A DNA stretch of 17,309 bases, taken from positions 1-17,309 of the forward strand of contig JBKAGE010000019.1 of NCBI GenBank assembly GCA_046290225.1, written 5' to 3'. Both the position numbers and the translations under genes were made by a program. Positions within the stretch are counted from its first letter, which is position 1. Every line of letters starts with the position of its first letter. Shown in pieces: positions 9,592-14,700 of the stretch. The DNA is from Bradymonadia bacterium (lineage in GTDB: Bacteria; Myxococcota_A; Bradymonadia; UBA7976; UBA1532). The notes beneath the pieces were generated by a model. The model had not been told where the DNA came from. It ran no database searches and saw only the letters and a program-made list of their open reading frames with translations.

Positions 9592-9616
9592 CGCGAGGCG
9601 GTTTGGGTAGGCTGAT

Positions 9617-9662
9617 TAGGAATGATACTCAAAAGTGGGGCCACTTTTGAGTATCATTCCTA
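9617..9662. repeat. 46-bp palindrome: perfect 22-bp inverted repeat with a 2-nt spacer
   Basis: TAGGAATGATACTCAAAAGTGG-GG-CCACTTTTGAGTATCATTCCTA, lying between convergent genes. Confidence 0.97.
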
Positions 9663-9724
9663 CCACGGAATTGCCTGATCTTCTGGGTCCATTGAGCCCT
9701 GCCTCTTCGCCAAACACTTCAATG

Positions 9725-10126
9725 CTAAAGGTGCCGCTGATACCTACATGCAGGCTCTTCATCACCGGCCAGAACCGCCAGCTTGACTCTCGTACAGAAC
9801 TCCACTGGACAGGTCACTACATCGATATCATCCGGAAAGCCCGCGTACCAGATGGCTGCCTCATCAGCATGCTGACATATGTGGAGTAATCCGGCCAACA
9901 TCAGTTCGAGCTCTTTCTCATCTTCGGTCTTCAGGTAGTTCCGCACATAGTCATCCCAAACCACCCCCGCACAAGCAGCGAACGCTTGCCAGCCATCTAT
10001 CGAGTGATGCCCCCAATGCTTGATGGCCTCGAAGTGTGAACCAGAGCATTCAACCTCTGCAATGGAAGCCATCTCAAGTGAATCAGCGCCTTGCTGCAAG
10101 CCCTTGCAGGCCACTAGAATGCTCAT
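9725..10126 (-). CDS. Hypothetical 133-aa acidic protein, possible orphan immunity protein
   Basis: ATG preceded by AAGGGAG (ACAAGGGAGACTT-ATG). Lower GC than the left block and co-oriented with the Rhs locus. No family recognised. Confidence 0.65.
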   Translation of the reverse strand: MSILVACKGLQQGADSLEMASIAEVECSGSHFEAIKHWGHHSIDGWQAFAACAGVVWDDYVRNYLKTEDEKELELMLAGLLHICQHADEAAIWYAGFPDDIDVVTCPVEFCTRVKLAVLAGDEEPACRYQRHL

Positions 10127-10211
10127 AAGTCTCCCTTGTCTTTCCGTCCAGTACGGAGCTGTAGTCGATCCTATCGGATAGCCTGAACGGCATTGTCACC
10201 CACAACTCAGG

Positions 10212-10236
10212 TGTCCACAAAGCTGGGGCAGCTCCA
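10212..10236. repeat. IS3-family terminal inverted repeat (isolated end)
   Basis: TGTCCACAAAGCTGGGGCAGCTCCA is 20/25 identical to the IS end at 10517-10541 and in the same orientation. It ends in CA, as IS3 termini do. Confidence 0.75.
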
Positions 10237-10541
10237 GTTGAGGGCGGCAGTGGAAGAGGTTGGAATGAAAGCAAGCATGGGCAGGCGGGGTGACTGCTGG
10301 GATAACTCCGTTGCTGAGAGCTTCTTCGCCATCCTCAAGAATGAGCTCATCTATCGACAACCCTGGCCCACCAAAATCCAAACCAAGAAGGCGATCAACG
10401 AGTACATTACGGGGTTCTACAACTGCTCCCGCAGGCACTCACACAATGGCGGCCTCAGCCCTATTGAGTTCGAGCGCCGTTTTAACAACCCTGCAGCTCA
10501 CGCTGCATAAATCACCTGTCCACAAAATCGGGACAACTCCA
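10237..10541 (+). mobile_element. IS3-family remnant: 3' end of the transposase plus right inverted repeat
   Basis: GMKASMGRRGDCWDNSVAESFFAILKNE...FYNCSRRHSHNGGLSPIEFE is the IS3 OrfB C-terminus, retaining only the E of DDE. Stop at 10508-10510, then TGTCCACAAAATCGGGACAACTCCA at 10517-10541. Confidence 0.92.
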
Positions 10542-10811
10542 GTACGCCTGGGTGATGGCCGCCAAGGCCACCTCCAAGGTGGAGAGAGCCTTCACCTGGG
10601 CCTCATCGGCCAAGTACAGGGCCACGACCTCCACCTGCATGGGGTCGAGACCCTTCAACCCGCACCACGCCAAGTACGACCGCCAGGCTGTGCTGTAGGC
10701 CCGCCTCGTATTGGGGCTGATGGACGCCTCAGCGAAGACCTCAGCCTGGGCCACGAGGTCCACTGGGAGGTCGAGAAGGGCGGGCTGCAGCAGGGCCAGG
10801 GCGGCGGTCAT
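10542..10811 (-). pseudogene. Cre-like tyrosine recombinase, N-terminal core-binding domain only, truncated by IS3
   Basis: ASISPNTRRAYSTAWRSYLAWC...VVALYLADEA...LSTLEVALAAITQAY is typical of Cre-like integrase N-termini, with an AGGAGG RBS at 10820-10825. The last ORF residues (WSCPDFVDR) are the reverse complement of the IS end, and the catalytic domain is absent. Confidence 0.85.
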
Positions 10812-10822
10812 GGGGGCATCCT

Positions 10823-10859
10823 CCTGACCACCGACAAGTAGATTTTAGCGGCGGTCAGG
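10823..10859. promoter_or_regulatory. Imperfect inverted repeat (15-bp arms, 7-bp spacer); candidate recombinase binding/crossover site or terminator
   Basis: CCTGACCACCGACAA-GTAGATT-TTAGCGGCGGTCAGG, with 12/15 arm complementarity. It overlaps the recombinase RBS. Confidence 0.5.
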
Positions 10860-10914
10860 GGGCCTACTGGCGGGGGTGGGCTGGATTACCGGTTGGTTGG
10901 GTGGGGTTGGGTCA

Positions 10915-11316
10915 CTACGTTTCGGTCGTGCCTTCAGTACTATCAATCCAGTCGATCGACCACCGGGATCCGTTGACATTCTGGACGAGTGCCACCGGGG
11001 CATCTGGGCCGAGGACTGCTCGCACAGTTGCCATGTAGCTGGCTGCAAAAGCGTCGTCGTCATCGGTGTCGGTCGGAGTGCCGATGAAGCGTACGATGGT
11101 CGCCTTGGTTGAGGAGCCAAGCATGCTCCTTTCGAGCAAAGATCTAAGTGCCGACTCCACTCCGGTCGTGGCAGCAGCCCGCCAGCCTCGGATCATGTCG
11201 GAAGGGCAAGACACCTCAACCATTGTCCTGGAGGCCTGCTCCACGACGACCTGAACGAGAGCGAAATGTGCGGCCGAGCCGGTCTGAACGGCCAGCCTAT
11301 ATGTGGCTTGAGCCAT
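10915..11316 (-). CDS. Putative cognate immunity protein; resembles a stand-alone EF-G domain IV (ribosomal protein S5 domain 2-like fold)
   Basis: Starts 11 nt after the Rhs stop, with a GAGGGG RBS overlapping that stop. By-eye colinearity with EF-G domain IV: QTG loop, beta strand, [11 protein letters not shown] helix, then TPTDT...AFAAS. Confidence 0.8.
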   Translation of the reverse strand: [133 protein letters not shown]

Positions 11317-11327
11317 CAGTTATCCCC

Positions 11328-11732
11328 TCAGAATGAAATGTTAAACAAGTCGAGCACCGACTTAGGGAAGAAGTGCTCGGGTGCGATCGACGTCGGCCTG
11401 ATCACGTACTGATACTCATGCGGCAGCCCCTGTCCGTAGAGGCGGGAGTGCCGTGACACAAACTGGACTGCCAGGCTGTCGTTGCCTCGCAGATCGATTG
11501 CCTTCAGCCTCCCGAGTTCCGCTTCCCCAATACGCAGCTCAACGATGTGCAGGTCCACGCCGTCCGGCACGTGCCCCTTCAGACGTTTCAGGTACGCCTC
11601 GGCGGCGGCTTTGGAGTCGAAAGTATAGGCCCCTTCCCCAATGTGGGCACGGTGCGCTGCAGATGGCCAAGGATCCCCGCCTGCGGCAAGCCTCTTGGCG
11701 TCATCTGTGTTCTGCACCGTGAAGAAGCTGCG
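11328..11732 (-). other. Toxin tip: diphtheria-toxin/PARP-like (HYE-type) ADP-ribosyltransferase-like domain, about 134 aa
   Basis: After a GGGGS linker: FFTVQ strand, GEGAYTFDSKAAAEAY (Y-x10-Y), IVELRI strand, HEYQYVIRP, and PEHFF (candidate catalytic Glu). Confidence 0.7.
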
Positions 11733-14700
11733 ACTTCCACCTCCCCCCTTTGGGGCTACTGTGGTTTTGACACCTTTACCAAGACCAACAACCGTTGCTA
11801 CAGCTATTGTCCCATCGACCGCTGCGCCACCAAGCTCTAGAAACCCTTCAGAGATATCCCCGTCTTGGAACCTGATAGCAGCTCTGGCTGTTTTTTCTGA
11901 TGCACTCCTTGCTAGGTTTGGAACATCTATATGTATGTTTAGGAGCCCAAATAGTGCGTCTTCTGCGCCCGCATATGGAGCGTTTTCGTACCAAGCAAAG
12001 GTAAGTGCAAACCTTGCTGACCAGTGAGCTTCAGGGTCAGCAATTGCCCTTGCCAAACGTTCTGATTTAGCACTGTACGAGTTAGGTCCTTGCTCTATCC
12101 ACCTTGGCTTTGGTTTGGACAAGGGGGGCAGAGGCCTTAGCTCCTTTTTCTTTCTATTGTCTACATATCGATTTGGCTGCCAACCGCCACTACCCATAGA
12201 GCCACCTTGCCCTATGTCTCCATAGTATTCACCACCAGAACCACCAAGCCCATCTGTCGGGGGCTCTTCATCATTAGATGGGGTTGGGTCTTTTGCTGCA
12301 CCGCCATTGCTACTCAAACCATAGGGGTCCCAGCGGTTCACTGGGTCAGAGCCAACAAAGGTATACAGATTCAGACTGTCAACGTACCCAAGAGGGTCAT
12401 GCGTCAAGAATTGACCCAGCCGCGGTGAGTACCAGCGGTTGCGCATGTACACAAGGCCCGTAATTTCGGAGCGCATAAGGCCGTTGAATCCGAAGGGAGA
12501 GCCGTCCGGGCCTGTCAAATAACGTGGTCCATTGGCACCTACACTACATGCTCCGTCTGGACTGCCTTCCTCATCACATGACAAGGCGCCATCCAAATCC
12601 AACAGGCGAGCCCGACCTTCAGCGGTGTACTCAACCGTCTCCCCCAACGCTTCATTGTCAGGACTCCACATACCCACCACCGAGTTGCGGTGGCTCGTGA
12701 CCGGCGCATGGCGTCCAGCCGACGGGCCAAAGGTCCTCCATTCCAGCAACTGGTCAGTTCCAGGACCCCAGATGGCTTCCCAGAGCGGGTCACCCACACC
12801 ATCCTCTGCGTACACGATTTGTGGGCCATCATACGCAAATCGCTTCGACACCCCATTTGCGTCGTAGACAACTGCCAGTTGACCTTGAGCATCATAGGCA
12901 TAGGCCTCGACCAACTGACCGGCATCATCCTCTACTGCCACCAAGCGGTTCATACCATCGTACGTGTATGACCATCCCTGACCATCACCTGCCCCGTCAG
13001 GGAGCATGTCTGTGAGACGCCCAGCCATGTCATGGGTGAAGCTGTAGCTTTGGCCATCAACAACCAACTGGCTCAATTCCAGGCGCGCGGAGCGCAGGCC
13101 TGGATGGTCCCAAAGATCCTCAGAAGCTGCGGGCTGACCACCCTGTGCTGCTGTGTGCAGAGTCAGTGTCGTGAGGCTACCCACTGCATCTGCTTCACGA
13201 GTGTAAGCTCGCTCGTCAGGTGCTTGGGTCAGACCCTGTGCTGCCATCTGGACATCACCCCAGAGCGTGGTGTGAGGTACGAGGTTGGCGGTCGGTGATG
13301 GGTCCAGATCGAGATCACTGCGTTCAAGCACAGTGTCGAGATGGCCACGAACACCATAGTTGTAACCTCTCCACCGTTGAGGGTTGCTGGGGTCTTGCCC
13401 CACTGGTCCCACACGACCAAAGCGCCAATCCAGGCTACGTACTCGACCCTTCTCGTCACGAATAAACGACTCAGCATAGAGAGGGGCGTCACACCGAGCG
13501 GCATCCCAGCCGCCAGGGCAGTAGGTGTCAGCCCAAAGGGCGTTGGTTGGGTTGCCGTTGTCCAGGTCAACTGCTGTGAAGGTCCGGTAGGTTGTTTGCC
13601 CCAAACCATCGAGGTCGACCATTTCCCGGAAGGGGTCCATGTTTGGCCCCCAAGTCTGCGTGCGGCCGACGTAGTGGCTGCCCCACCAATCCAGCTGAGC
13701 ATCCATGGGCGTCCAGCCAAGGGGCTGATGGTCAACTGAAGGCCCGTTTTCGTTGACGCGATTGACTCGGCCACCGCCATCCAACTCGTATGACCACGAT
13801 GCGCTCTCTGGATATGTGAGCTGACGCTTCCACACAGAGTTGGGTTGGTCCAGTGCATACGGCGCGCTGCTGTCAATGGATGGCTGGACCAATGACCAGT
13901 TGCCCGTGACAGGCAGTGACACATATCCGTCCAAGCCCATAGTCTCGGAGTTGAGCCGCCCGGCCGAGTCATAGGTGTACTCATGCGTCACGGTTGGCTT
14001 GAGAATGTTGAACGCTGCCAGCTGAGGGTTGTAGCTCGTGCTCTGGAGTAAACGGCCCAAGCTGTCGTAGTCCCACTGAGCGTAGGTCCATTGGCCCTGT
14101 GGAGAGAACTCCGTTGCCTGTCGCAGATCGACCGTCAGTGCCTGCGTCTGCGGATCACGATAGGAGTTGAGCATTCCGAGGTTGCCAGGCTTGGTCTCGC
14201 TCACCAAACGGCCAAAGGCATCATATGCGTATTCGTAATTGGTGGGAGTTTGTACTGTAAAGCCTGGCAACACCCTACGGGTGACCTGCTGGAAAGCATC
14301 ACGATATTCGAGAGTGATACCGCCCCTGGGATCAGTGATCGCAGTGCCTACCTGCCCATTGACCCAACGGTATTCGTAGGTGGTCTCGTCTACATCAGCC
14401 AGTCCGCTGTAGGTGCGTACTTGCCGGCTGGGCCAACCTGCCAGGTCCCATTCGCTCCGCTGTCCGTGACCTTCGACGTCTACAGTCTCAGAGGTCCGGC
14501 CCAGAGCATCATAGTAGGCATTCTGTACTGAGACCTCACCTTGGCTGCCGTAACGAGCAGTCGAGATCTCGCGGTTGACGGGATCATCCACCATGACGGT
14601 CGATATGGAGAAAGCCTCATCACCACGGCGGTGAATGGTGCTGGTCGTTGCCGTACGGGTCGCAGGATTTTGCGTGTAGATGTGCTGAGTGCCATCAGGG

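Noticed and set aside
10083..10274. 63-aa minus-strand ORF as an orphan toxin stub
   Set aside because: It spans IS sequence, overlaps the next gene, and shows no toxin or Rhs motif.
10193..10510. 105-aa ORF as an intact transposase
   Set aside because: Its N-terminus is translated from flanking and terminal-repeat DNA, and two of the three DDE residues are missing.
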